Origin: Candidatus Poribacteria bacterium
Lineage (GTDB): Bacteria > Poribacteria > WGA-4E > GCA-2687025
DNA: 64,000 nucleotides
Direction of reading: 5' to 3'
Assembly: GCA_963665845.2 (NCBI GenBank)
Contig: OY762492.1
Location: forward strand, 2,816,001 to 2,880,000
Shown: positions 1 to 9,462 of the stretch, piece after piece
How the letters are laid out: every line of letters begins with the position of its first letter
How positions within the stretch are numbered: the stretch's first letter is position 1
Notes under the pieces: model-generated
Seen by the model: the letters and a program-made list of their open reading frames with translations, nothing else
The model's database searches: none
What the model was told of the DNA's origin: nothing
Program-made: the position numbers and the translations under genes

Positions 1-1
1 A

Positions 2-2866
2 GAGCTGTTGACGCCGCGCGTTCAGATAACCGAGCTGCAGCCGGAATTGATTGCCGGACCCATGCCGCGGAAGGCTGCGGCGCCCAACGGCGCGCAGAGG
101 CGCGAACAAGCGGCGCGCCTGCTGTTCGCCGCGGCCGACACGGCGCACCCTGAATACACGTTGACGAAGCAATCGACAAGCCATACGCCCGAAGGAATTC
201 AGGAGGCGCTGCGCCCCATCGCCGAGAACGGATTTGAACGTTTCAAGGAAGCGGTCGCAAAAGCGGCGGAGAAACTGAAAGCCGACGGCGCCACCGTCGT
301 CTCGATGGCGGAGCTGATAGAAGGCGGACATCTGCCCGAGGAGGCGCTGATCGATCCATGGGGCAACCGCTTAACGCTGCGATACGATGACTGGAGCCAT
401 TACAGGTACATCGTGAGCCTTGGACCGGACGGCCGCTTAGGAACGGAAGACGACGTTTGGCTATGGATGGACACTTCCCGCAACAATTTCAGCGGCGAAT
501 TGATGCGCGAAGATCTCGGAATGAGAGTCATGACGCAATCGGCGGTAACGGGCGGCGCCATGTTGGGTCGAGGCTCGGTGCGCCGTTCAGCGCGGCTTAT
601 GGAAAGAGCCGCGCTCGAATCGCGCGCCCCTGCGCGCCCCCCAGTGGCTCTTCAAAGGAGGATGAAATACTCGAAGCTTGAATTGGAGGCTGTATTAGAA
701 ACAGACGCTGCGGCGGCTCCGGCGGACAGCGCGGCGCCTCCCCGTCTGCGCGAGTATTTCCCCGAAACGCTGTTTGTCATGCCGTCGCTCTTGACCGACG
801 AAAAAGGGCATGCGCAGCTGAACGTCCCGCTCGCCGACTCGATCACCACATGGCAGCTGGCGGCGTCCGCCTCCACCAAAGGCGGTCTGCTGGGCAGCGC
901 GTCGGCGGGCGTGCGCGTCTTCCAGGACTTCTTCATCGACATCGATCTCCCGTCCAAACTGACGCAGGGGGACGAGGTGAGCATGCCGATCGCGCTTTAC
1001 AACTACCTTGAAACGCCGCAGACGATACGGCTGGAGATCGACGAGGCGGACTGGTTCGAGCCGTTGAGCGGCTTGGAGATGAGCGCCGATCTGCAGCCGG
1101 GCGAAGTGACGGTCAGGTATTTCCGCGTCAAGGCGGAGAAGCATGGGCGGCATGCGTTCACCGCGCGCGCCTACGGCTCCTCCAAGAGCGACGCGGTGCG
1201 CCGAGACCTGCAGGTTACGCCGAACGGACGGAGGTTTGAGCTGACGATGAACGGGCGGCTCGGACCTGAAGCGGCGAAGCGGACGGCGCAGATACCCGCC
1301 TCCGCCGTCCCAGGCGCAAGCCAGCTGTTTTTGAAGGTCTACCCCGGCGCCTTTAGTCAGCTTGCGGACGGGCTGGACGCGATCCTGCGCATGCCGAGCG
1401 GCTGTTTTGAACAGACCAGCTCCTCCACCTACCCGAACATCCTCGCGCTGGACTATATGCGCGAGACGAAGCAGATCTCCCCAGAAATACAGCTGAAGGC
1501 GGAGCAGTACATCAACCTCGGCTACCAGCGCCTGCTCTCGTTTGAGGTGGATGGCGGCGGGTTTTCCTGGTTTGGAAATGCGCCCGCCAACAAGATCTTG
1601 ACGGCGTACGGGCTGATGGAGTTTGCCGACATGTCGCGCGTCCATGAGGTGGACCCCGCGCTCATCAAGCGGACGCAGGAATGGCTCGTTTCAACGCAGC
1701 GCGGAGACGGCTCATGGGCGCCGGACGAGGGGTATCTGCATCGGGGCGTATGGGGGCGCATTCAGTCGAGCGAACTGCTGCCGACCGCGTATATCGTCTG
1801 GGCGTTGGCGTCCAGCGGCTACGAAGGCGAACCGCTGACGAAGGGCGTCGACTATCTGAAGACGCATTGGAAAGCCGCCGAGGATCCGTATATGCTCTCG
1901 ATGGTCTGCAACGCGCTGGTGAACGCGGCGCCGAAAGATTCCGCCGCGGACGATGCGATGGCGCGTCTGGTATCGATGGCGAAGCGCGGCGGCGACGGCT
2001 CCTACTGGGCAAGCGGAATGCAGACGATGACCTACGCCCGCGAGGATGCCGCCAACCTTGAGGCGACCGGCTTGGCGGCGCTGGCGCTCCTGCAGTGGCG
2101 GCGCGATCCGATGTTGACCGAGCGCGCCTTGACCTATCTGATGTCGATGCGCGACCCGCGCGGCACATGGCACACGACGCAGGCGACCGTCCTGGCGCTG
2201 AAGGCGCTGCTGAAGGGATCGTCCGGCGCGGTCGGCGAGGCGGACGGAACCGTGACGGCGCTCCTGAACGGGCGCGAGATTGGAAAGATACAGATCGCGC
2301 CGGAGAACAGCGACGTCGCGCATCTGCTCGCCCTGTCGGACGGAAACGGCGGACTGAAATCTGGAACGCATGAGGTGGAGATTCGCATGGACGGGACGGG
2401 CAAGCCCGCGTTTCAGATATTCGGTCGCTACTATATGCCGTGGGGAAATCAGCCGCAAATAGCGCCGCCGCTGCCGGCGTTCGATGTGTCCGTTTCGTAT
2501 GACAGGTCCCGTTTGGTGAAGGATGAGACGGTCAAGGCAACTTGCGTTTTCCGCAACCCGCAGGACATGGACGCGAAGATGGTTGTCATTGACCTGGGCA
2601 TTCCGCCGGGCTTTGCGGTTCAGCCCGCCGATTTTGAGCGTCTGGTGACGGAGCGGGTCGTTCAGAAGTTTGAGATCGCGCCTCGACAAGTCATCCTGTA
2701 TTTTGACGAGGTCCGCGCCCGTCAGACGGTCGAGTTTGAGTACAGCCTTCGGGCAAAGTTCCCGCTGCGCGCTCAAACGGGGGAGTCGAAGGCGTATGAG
2801 TATTACAACCCGCAGCGCGTCGCCTACTCCGAACCTGTAGAGGTGAACGTGACGCAGGAGCGTTGA
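2..2866 (+). CDS. Alpha-2-macroglobulin family protein (5'-truncated by window edge)
   Basis: LREYFPETLF and LADSITTW motifs; thioester motif MPSGCFEQ; TED-like region; C-terminal receptor-binding-like domain (MVVIDLGIPPGF...AYEYYNP). Reading frame is open to the window start. Confidence 0.9.
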   Translation, partial: ELLTPRVQITELQPELIAGPMPRKAAAPNGAQRREQAARLLFAAADTAHPEYTLTKQSTSHTPEGIQEALRPIAENGFERFKEAVAKAAEKLKADGATVVSMAELIEGGHLPEEALIDPWGNRLTLRYDDWSHYRYIVSLGPDGRLGTEDDVWLWMDTSRNNFSGELMREDLGMRVMTQSAVTGGAMLGRGSVRRSARLMERAALESRAPARPPVALQRRMKYSKLELEAVLETDAAAAPADSAAPPRLREYFPETLFVMPSLLTDEKGHAQLNVPLADSITTWQLAASASTKGGLLGSASAGVRVFQDFFIDIDLPSKLTQGDEVSMPIALYNYLETPQTIRLEIDEADWFEPLSGLEMSADLQPGEVTVRYFRVKAEKHGRHAFTARAYGSSKSDAVRRDLQVTPNGRRFELTMNGRLGPEAAKRTAQIPASAVPGASQLFLKVYPGAFSQLADGLDAILRMPSGCFEQTSSSTYPNILALDYMRETKQISPEIQLKAEQYINLGYQRLLSFEVDGGGFSWFGNAPANKILTAYGLMEFADMSRVHEVDPALIKRTQEWLVSTQRGDGSWAPDEGYLHRGVWGRIQSSELLPTAYIVWALASSGYEGEPLTKGVDYLKTHWKAAEDPYMLSMVCNALVNAAPKDSAADDAMARLVSMAKRGGDGSYWASGMQTMTYAREDAANLEATGLAALALLQWRRDPMLTERALTYLMSMRDPRGTWHTTQATVLALKALLKGSSGAVGEADGTVTALLNGREIGKIQIAPENSDVAHLLALSDGNGGLKSGTHEVEIRMDGTGKPAFQIFGRYYMPWGNQPQIAPPLPAFDVSVSYDRSRLVKDETVKATCVFRNPQDMDAKMVVIDLGIPPGFAVQPADFERLVTERVVQKFEIAPRQVILYFDEVRARQTVEFEYSLRAKFPLRAQTGESKAYEYYNPQRVAYSEPVEVNVTQER

Positions 2867-2900
2867 CGGAGGATGCGGGGGCGCCCGAAGCCGTCAAGGC

Positions 2901-3650
2901 CGTCATTCCCGCGTAAGCGGGAATCCAGAGGCGCCGCCGGGCGCCTGCGTTCACCCCAAGCGTCCGGCGGCCATCTCGTCATTCCCGCGCAAGCGGGAAT
3001 CCAGAGGCGCCGCCGGACGACCGCGTTCACCCCAAGCGTCCGGCGGCCATCTCGTCATTCCCGCGCAAGCGGGAATCCAGAGGCGCCGCCGGACGACCGC
3101 GTTCACCCCAAGCGTCCGGCGGCCATCTCGTCATTCCCGCGCCCCTCTCCCCGTCATTCCCGCGTAAGCGGGAATCTTAGACCGCGCCGCTGTTGTCGCC
3201 TGAACTAGGATTGCCAAGATGGAAAAGATTGCCAAGAGAATTCCCGTGAGCGGCGCTCTTGGCAATCTTGCTAATCCTTCAATCCTAGTTCAAACCTAGC
3301 GCAACCCGCGCGCTCAAAACCCCCCTAGCCCCCCTTTTCAAGGGGGGAACGACCTGCGCTCCCGCGCCCCCATCTCGTCATTCCCGCGTAAGCGGGAATC
3401 TTAGACCGCGCCGCTGTTGTCGTCTGAACTAGGATTGCCAAGATGGAAAAGATTGCCAAGAAAGTTTCCGTGAGCGGCGCTCTTGGCAATCTTACTAATC
3501 CTTCAATCCTAGTTCAAACCTAGCGCAACCCGCGCGCTCAAAACCCCCTGGTTCCCCCTTTTTCAAGGGGGAATCGGACGCGGGCCGCCCGCGCCTTAAA
3601 CCCCCCTAGCCCCCCTTTTCAAGGGGGGAATCGGACGCGCGCCCATCACG
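2901..3650. repeat. Composite intergenic palindromic repeat array: 3 x 76-bp units plus 2 x ~224-bp units
   Basis: GTCATTCCCGCG(T/C)AAGCGGGAATC units start at about 2901, 2977, 3053, 3152 and 3376. Long hairpin GAACTAGGATTGCCAAGA...TCTTGGCAATC...CCTAGTTC occurs twice. CCCCCCTTTTCAAGGGGGG hairpins are also present. Confidence 0.9.
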
Positions 3651-3655
3651 TCGCC

Positions 3656-4600
3656 TTACGGAGCGAGGGCGCGGATATTGTCTTCCGCTTCCCAATGTAT
3701 CGACCATTTTTTGCCGCCGTCTTGGGACATGTAAAGCGTCTTGCCGACCGCAACCCAGGCGGCGCCGTCCGAACTGAACGCGACCCGCTTCGTGTCGATG
3801 TTCTGATCGACGGAGGCGGGGAACCCGTTGACGACATGTACCCAGTCGGCGCCGGCGTTCTCGGATCGGAAGAGCCGCCCGTTTCCGCCGCGCGGTCCGT
3901 CGCTGACGCTCGCCAACACAAGGTCGGGGTTCTCTGGATGAACGGCGACGGCGCGTCCATACCGCGCGGGAAGTCCCTCCCGCCGGTGCGTCCATGTTGC
4001 GCCTCGATTGTCGCTCACATAGACGGCGTTCGCCGTGTTCGCGTAGACGCGGTCGGGGTTCGCCTTGGACACCGCCACCTCATGGACATCGGGATGCAGG
4101 CTCGGTTCGACAGGCTCCCATGTGGCGCCGAAATCGATGGAACGCATGATGCTGCCGACATGGATGTCCGCATATACCGTTCCATCCAGCGTGACAGCGA
4201 AGCGGCGGACGGCGGGAGGTCCTCCCCATGGGGTGTACCATTTTTTTCGCGCCTCTAGGTTGTCGAAATCGACGTTTCGGACGGCGGGTCCGTCGGCGCC
4301 GTTGAGCGCATAGACGAAGGCGCTGTCGTCTGTTCCGATGAGCAGCGCCGGCGCCTCGCCGTTTGGGACAAACGCGAACGCCGCCGTTTCCTCCTGGACG
4401 CCTGTTTTGACGCGCGTCCAGCTGTCCCCATTCTTTGCGTCGGTACGGCGTATGAGAACGGCGCCGCCCTCAAGCGCAACCGCTTCATGGATCTCGTGCC
4501 GGGCGACGGCTTCGACCGTTTCGCCTTCAAAAACAACGGCGGGCGCGGCCGCCCCCGCTGTGTCCAGCGAGAGGGCGGCTGCGGAAAGAGCGATCAACAT
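3656..4600 (-). CDS. Secreted BNR/Asp-box beta-propeller protein
   Basis: Signal peptide; repeated S-x-D-x-G-x-T-W boxes (SIDFGATW, SDNRGATW, SENAGADW, SQDGGKKW). Confidence 0.8.
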   Translation of the reverse strand: MLIALSAAALSLDTAGAAAPAVVFEGETVEAVARHEIHEAVALEGGAVLIRRTDAKNGDSWTRVKTGVQEETAAFAFVPNGEAPALLIGTDDSAFVYALNGADGPAVRNVDFDNLEARKKWYTPWGGPPAVRRFAVTLDGTVYADIHVGSIMRSIDFGATWEPVEPSLHPDVHEVAVSKANPDRVYANTANAVYVSDNRGATWTHRREGLPARYGRAVAVHPENPDLVLASVSDGPRGGNGRLFRSENAGADWVHVVNGFPASVDQNIDTKRVAFSSDGAAWVAVGKTLYMSQDGGKKWSIHWEAEDNIRALAP

Positions 4601-4615
4601 GGAACTGCCTTTCGT

Positions 4616-5992
4616 TTAGAAGTTGTAGCCCGTTTCGCCATGCTCAACCTGGTCAAGTCCGATCTGCTCCTGCTCTTCTTCGACGCGGAAGCCGATGATC
4701 GCGTCCAGCGCCTTGACGATGATGAACGTGACGACAGCGGCGTAAGCGGCCGCAGCGGCAACGCCGATGGCCTGCGACAAAAGCTGTTTGACGCCGTCAG
4801 AGCCGGCGATCAACCCAGTAGCGCCGACGGTCGCAAAGATGCCGGTGGCGATGGCGCCCCATGCGCCGCCGAAGCCGTGGATGCCCATGACATCCAGCGA
4901 GTCGTCGTATTTGAGACGACCTTTGAGCAGGACGCCGCCGTAGCAGATGAATCCTGCGCCGAAGCCGATGACCATCGCCGCCCACGGTTCAACAAAACCG
5001 GCGGCGGGCGTGACTCCGACAAGGCCGGCGACGATGCCGGACGCCGCCCCAAGAGCGGACGCTCTGCCGGTGTGGATGCGTTCGATGATGAGCCAGCCAA
5101 GAGCGCCGCATGCCGCGGCAATCTGCGTCGTTGTGAAGGCGAGGCCGGCGACGGCGTTGGAGGCGAGGGCGCTGCCGGCGTTGAAGCCGAACCAGCCGAA
5201 CCAGAGCAAACCGGCGCCGAGAAGCGTCATCGTCAGGTTATGCGGAAGCATTTCGCCGCTGGGCCAACCGCGCCGCGTTCCGATGATCAGAACGACAATG
5301 AGAGCCGAGATGCCGGAGGAAAGATGAACGACCGTCCCGCCGGCGAAGTCGAGCGGCGCCGTATCCAAGCTGGCAAGCAAGCCGCCGCCCCAGACCCAGT
5401 GCGCCAGCGGGCAGTACACCAGCAGGCTCCACAGGGCGATGAACCAGATGTAGGCGCCGAATTTGACCCGCTCGGCGATGGCGCCCGCAATCAGCGCCGG
5501 CGTGATGATGGCGAACATGCCTTGGAAAATCATGAAGACCAGCTCGGGATAAGCGCTGTCGTCCGCTAGAGCTTCGTAGTCAACGCTTAGCAAGAGCAGC
5601 TTATCCAGCGGGTTGCCGATAAAGCCGCCGAGGGTGTTGCCGAACGCCAGCGAGTAGCCGACGACCGCCCACAAAACGCCGATGACGCCGAGGGCGGCGA
5701 ACGAGTGCATCATGGAGCTGAGTACATTCTTGCGCCGCACCATGCCCGCGTAAAAGAGCGCGAGGCCGGGCAACATGAGCAGGACGAGCGCGGAGGAGGT
5801 GAGCATCCATGCGGTGTCGCCGCTGTCGAGAGCGGCGGCCGCGTCGGCGCCTTCATCCGCTTGCGCCTCGGCGGTTTCGGTGGGCATCGCCTCTTGGGCG
5901 ACTGTTGGAGCGGATACTGCCGCGAAGAGCAGAAGCGCCGCGGCAAAGAGAATCAGGTATCGATTTTTAAATGAGCATCGCAGATGAAACAT
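4616..5992 (-). CDS. amtB: Ammonium transporter
   Basis: DTAWML, PGLALFYAGMVRRKN, DFAGGTVVH, LLWFGWFGFNAGS and HGETGY motifs. Confidence 0.96.
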   Translation of the reverse strand: MFHLRCSFKNRYLILFAAALLLFAAVSAPTVAQEAMPTETAEAQADEGADAAAALDSGDTAWMLTSSALVLLMLPGLALFYAGMVRRKNVLSSMMHSFAALGVIGVLWAVVGYSLAFGNTLGGFIGNPLDKLLLLSVDYEALADDSAYPELVFMIFQGMFAIITPALIAGAIAERVKFGAYIWFIALWSLLVYCPLAHWVWGGGLLASLDTAPLDFAGGTVVHLSSGISALIVVLIIGTRRGWPSGEMLPHNLTMTLLGAGLLWFGWFGFNAGSALASNAVAGLAFTTTQIAAACGALGWLIIERIHTGRASALGAASGIVAGLVGVTPAAGFVEPWAAMVIGFGAGFICYGGVLLKGRLKYDDSLDVMGIHGFGGAWGAIATGIFATVGATGLIAGSDGVKQLLSQAIGVAAAAAYAAVVTFIIVKALDAIIGFRVEEEQEQIGLDQVEHGETGYNF

Positions 5993-6068
5993 AACGATAT
6001 CGCCTTCCTGCGTGATTTATGGATTACTACGTATATCATGGACGGCGGGGCGGGTCAATCAACCATCT

Positions 6069-6363
6069 CTGACCTCATGCTGAAAGCTGGGACATTTGAA
6101 CCGACAATCGCTTTATTTATGGATAAAAGCGCCGGCAACCAAGCCGTCCCCCGCTTCCGCGAGGGCATGCATTCCCGCGCAAGCGGGAATCTAGAGGCGA
6201 CACAGCAGCTGTCCGCGCCTTAAACCCCGCCTACCCCCCCTTTTCAAGGGGGAATCGGACGCGCGCCCATGTCGTCATTCCCGCGTAAGCGGGAATCTAG
6301 AGGCGCCGCAGAAACCGTCCGCGTTCGCCCGCCGCCATGTCCCAACTATAGACGTAAGGTCAG
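6069..6363. mobile_element. MITE-like element with ~26-bp imperfect terminal inverted repeats, carrying palindromic repeats inside
   Basis: Left end CTGACCTCATGCTGAAAGCTGGGACA and right end TGTCCCAACTATAGACGTAAGGTCAG are inverted repeats. An inverted related copy lies at about 62046-62215. Confidence 0.6.
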
Positions 6364-6452
6364 CGATGCGTCTTGCGTCAGCCTTCGAGCGGCTGTATCA
6401 TGACGAGAATCGCATCCGCCGCGCATGGTTTTCATTTCATAAAAAAGGAGAC

Positions 6453-8615
6453 ATGATGAGACGGTCGGCGTTCCTTGTTTTGTCGATATGGTTTGCCGCT
6501 GCGCAGCTTGCGGTCGACAGCGCCGCGCAAAAGAAGGTCGGATGGCATCCGGGGCCGGCAAATGATGTGGAATTCTCGCCGGACGGAAAGACGATCGCCA
6601 GCGCCGGCAGAGACCATACCGTCCGCCTATTTGACGCCGCAACAGGCGAACCGACAGCGGCGCTGAGGGGGCATACAAACAGGGTCAACGCGGTCGCGTT
6701 TTCGCCGGACGGAAAAACGCTCGCCAGCGGCGGATGGGACGATACTGTGCGCATATGGGATGTGTCGACAGGCAAACAGATTGCGGCGCTGGAAGGGCAT
6801 ACAGACTGGATCAACGCGGTCGCGTTTTCGCCGGACGGAAAAACGCTCGCCAGCGGAAGCGACGACTACACCATACGGCTATGGGACGCTTCCACATGGA
6901 CGCGCAAAGGCGCAATTGAATCGCCAGCGTTGTGGATCGAAACGCTCGCGTTTTCGCCGGACGGAAAAACGCTCGCCAGCGGAAGCGATGATGATGCCGT
7001 GCGCATATGGAATGTTTCGACAGGCAAACTGATTGCGGCGCTGGAAGGGCATACAGACGAGATCAATGCGGTCGCGTTTTCGCCGGACGGAAAAACGCTC
7101 GCCAGCGGAAGCGACGACTACACCATACGGCTATGGGACGCCTCTACCTGGACCCATAAAGGCGCGATTGAGTCGCCATGGTTGTGGATCGAAACGCTCG
7201 CGTTTTCGCCGGACGGAAAGACCCTATTGGGCGCCAGCGCCGGATACATTTATCTTTGGGATATGGAAAACGGCGGATTGAAGCAGACCATCGAAGGCAG
7301 CAGAGGGTTCACGTATTCCGTCGCCTATTCTCCAGACGGGCTGCATTTTGTCACCGGGGACGAGAACGGCGTTCTTCTTTGGTACGCCAAGACGGGGCGG
7401 TTGAAGAAGGAGCTGAACGGACATGCCAGCTTCGTTGAGACGATCGCCTTTTCGAAGGACGGCAGGACGCTGGTCAGCTACGGGCGGTGGGACAATTACG
7501 CGCGCGTTTGGAACCTCTCGACAGGGCAGCTCAAAAATGCTGTGGGACACGATAGTTTTCAGGCGTACTCCATGGCGCTGTCGCCGGACAGCAGCATGAT
7601 TGCCCTCGGCTACTTCCATGAAATCACACTCTCGAACGCGGAGACCGGCGCGCTCGAAACAACGATAGCGTTCAACGGTCTGAGTTCCATGTATTCGCTG
7701 GCGTTTTCGCCGTTCAATCAAACGCTCGCCAGCGGAGACCGCGACGGAAATGTGCATCTTTGGAACCCAAATACGGGAAGGAGCGCCGGAACGCTGAAGG
7801 GGCATTCGTCGGCGGTCCGCGCTTTGGCGTACTCTCCGGACGGAAAGACGCTCGCCACCGGAAGCCGCGACAAAACGGCGCGGCTCTGGGGGTCGTCAAC
7901 GCGGCAGATGAAGGCGGTTCTGCTGGGGCATTCAGGCGAGATCAACGCGCTTGCCTTTTCGCCCGACAGCAAAACGCTGGCTACAGGAAGCGGCGACGCG
8001 ACGATACGGCTCTGGGACGGCGACACGGGCGCGCTCAAAGCGACGCTGGCGGGGCATTCCGCGCCTGTCCGCGCGCTCGCCTTTTCGTCCGACGGCAGAA
8101 CGCTCGCCAGCGGCGACTCCGACGGGGCGGTACAGCTCTGGGACCCCGCCGCCGGCGCGCTGAAAGGCTCCATCAACCAGTTTGAATACGGCGTCTATTC
8201 GCTGGCGTTTTCAAAAAGCGGATGGACGCTGGCGGTCGGCGGAGGGGACGGGTTCATTCGGCTGCGCAGCATGCGCACAGGCTTTCTATGGGCGGAAACG
8301 AGGCAGCCCTCATCCAGACTGTTTGAAACGGCGCTTCTGGCGAATTACCCGAACCCGTTCAACCCTGAAACATGGATCCCGTTCGATCTGGCGGAGCCGA
8401 GCCGCGTTCGGATATGGATCTACAACGCGCGGGGAGAGACGGTGCGCGTATTGGATATGGGCAAACTGCCGGCAGGCTCCTACCGCAGCCGAGACTCCGC
8501 CGCCCGCTGGGATGGAAGGGACGCCCTCGGCGCGCCCGCCGCCAGCGGAACCTATTTTGTCCGCTTAGAGGCGGGTTCGTTCACGGCTATTCGGCGGATG
8601 GTTTTGTTAAAATAA
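6453..8615 (+). CDS. Secreted WD40-repeat protein with C-terminal FlgD-Ig/T9SS-CTD-like domain
   Basis: AAGGAG RBS before ATG 6453; signal peptide; many GH...AFSPDG...WD repeats; C-terminal LLANYPNPFNPETWIPF...ASGTYFVRL...RRMVLLK. Confidence 0.9.
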   Translation: MMRRSAFLVLSIWFAAAQLAVDSAAQKKVGWHPGPANDVEFSPDGKTIASAGRDHTVRLFDAATGEPTAALRGHTNRVNAVAFSPDGKTLASGGWDDTVRIWDVSTGKQIAALEGHTDWINAVAFSPDGKTLASGSDDYTIRLWDASTWTRKGAIESPALWIETLAFSPDGKTLASGSDDDAVRIWNVSTGKLIAALEGHTDEINAVAFSPDGKTLASGSDDYTIRLWDASTWTHKGAIESPWLWIETLAFSPDGKTLLGASAGYIYLWDMENGGLKQTIEGSRGFTYSVAYSPDGLHFVTGDENGVLLWYAKTGRLKKELNGHASFVETIAFSKDGRTLVSYGRWDNYARVWNLSTGQLKNAVGHDSFQAYSMALSPDSSMIALGYFHEITLSNAETGALETTIAFNGLSSMYSLAFSPFNQTLASGDRDGNVHLWNPNTGRSAGTLKGHSSAVRALAYSPDGKTLATGSRDKTARLWGSSTRQMKAVLLGHSGEINALAFSPDSKTLATGSGDATIRLWDGDTGALKATLAGHSAPVRALAFSSDGRTLASGDSDGAVQLWDPAAGALKGSINQFEYGVYSLAFSKSGWTLAVGGGDGFIRLRSMRTGFLWAETRQPSSRLFETALLANYPNPFNPETWIPFDLAEPSRVRIWIYNARGETVRVLDMGKLPAGSYRSRDSAARWDGRDALGAPAASGTYFVRLEAGSFTAIRRMVLLK

Positions 8616-8626
8616 GGCGGAGCGGA

Positions 8627-9448
8627 TCATAAAAACGGCCAGAGCGGGGTCAGCTGTTCCAGCTCCGTTTCCGCCTCCTGTTTTGAGCTGTTTTCTAGAC
8701 GCTTGACGAGAAATGCCAGTTTTTGGAGCGCGCCTTTTCGCGCGGCGGGAGAAGCGTTTTCGGCGTCCAGCTCGGCAAGCGCTTTTTCGGTCATCTGGGA
8801 CAAGCGGCGGAGGACGGATGGATCATGCGCCTGCGCCTCCGCAACCAGCTTGCGCATGCCCCGTCGCGTCTCTTGCGCGATTCGCTCCATCAGCCCCGGC
8901 GTATCCTGCCAGACGGCGCGCCGCCCGCGCGTGTCTAGATGCGCGAACTGCTGCGCGCGGTAGTATCCGACTCCGCCGTTGAACTCAAAGCTCCACCCGT
9001 TCTCTTTCTCGGCTGGACGAAGCGAATAGAGCCGCGCGCCGCCGTTTTGGTCCGCCCCGCTTCGTATCGGGACGGGGCAATGGAAACGCCTGCCCTGCCA
9101 GTTGAGAAGCGTTTCGGCGGCGGCTTCCTGTTTGCCGTTGTCAAGATAAAAGTCGACGGCGGAAAAGGCGGTGTGGAGGCTGGCGGGCGCGCCGCCGACA
9201 GCGGCGTTGTACGCGGGCGACCGATACGCCGAGGAGAGGCTGATGGGCGCGTTTATCCGCTCGCGCAGCGCGTCTAGGACGATGAGCGTCGGCGCGATGT
9301 TGCTCCAAAGCGCCGGCGCCGGCGGGCTGTTGCGGACGCCGTTTCGCTCCCTGTGAAAAAGCGCCGTCAGCTCGTTCGCTTTGAAGTTCCGTAGGCGCAG
9401 TTTGTTGATAAACTTCTGAAACTGCGTTTCTGATTTCCAAGCGGGCAT
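8627..9448 (-). CDS. Peptidase M15A-family (D-Ala-D-Ala carboxypeptidase-like) metallopeptidase
   Basis: SSAYRSPAYNAAVGGA..S.H...AVD and F.HLDTR motifs. GGAG RBS favours ATG 9448; the ORF track starts at TTG 9487. Confidence 0.8.
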   Translation of the reverse strand: MPAWKSETQFQKFINKLRLRNFKANELTALFHRERNGVRNSPPAPALWSNIAPTLIVLDALRERINAPISLSSAYRSPAYNAAVGGAPASLHTAFSAVDFYLDNGKQEAAAETLLNWQGRRFHCPVPIRSGADQNGGARLYSLRPAEKENGWSFEFNGGVGYYRAQQFAHLDTRGRRAVWQDTPGLMERIAQETRRGMRKLVAEAQAHDPSVLRRLSQMTEKALAELDAENASPAARKGALQKLAFLVKRLENSSKQEAETELEQLTPLWPFL

Positions 9449-9462
9449 CGGTTTCTCCAGCG

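Noticed and set aside
695-2776. Long antisense ORFs here and elsewhere (e.g. 4487-5569, 22887-23906, 31370-32359, 62916-63935)
   Set aside because: They are shadow frames of well-supported genes in high-GC DNA and show no recognisable motifs.
2901-3180. CRISPR array (palindromic repeat at a regular 76-bp spacing)
   Set aside because: The intervening sequences are near-identical rather than unique spacers, the repeat is dispersed across the window, and no cas genes are present.
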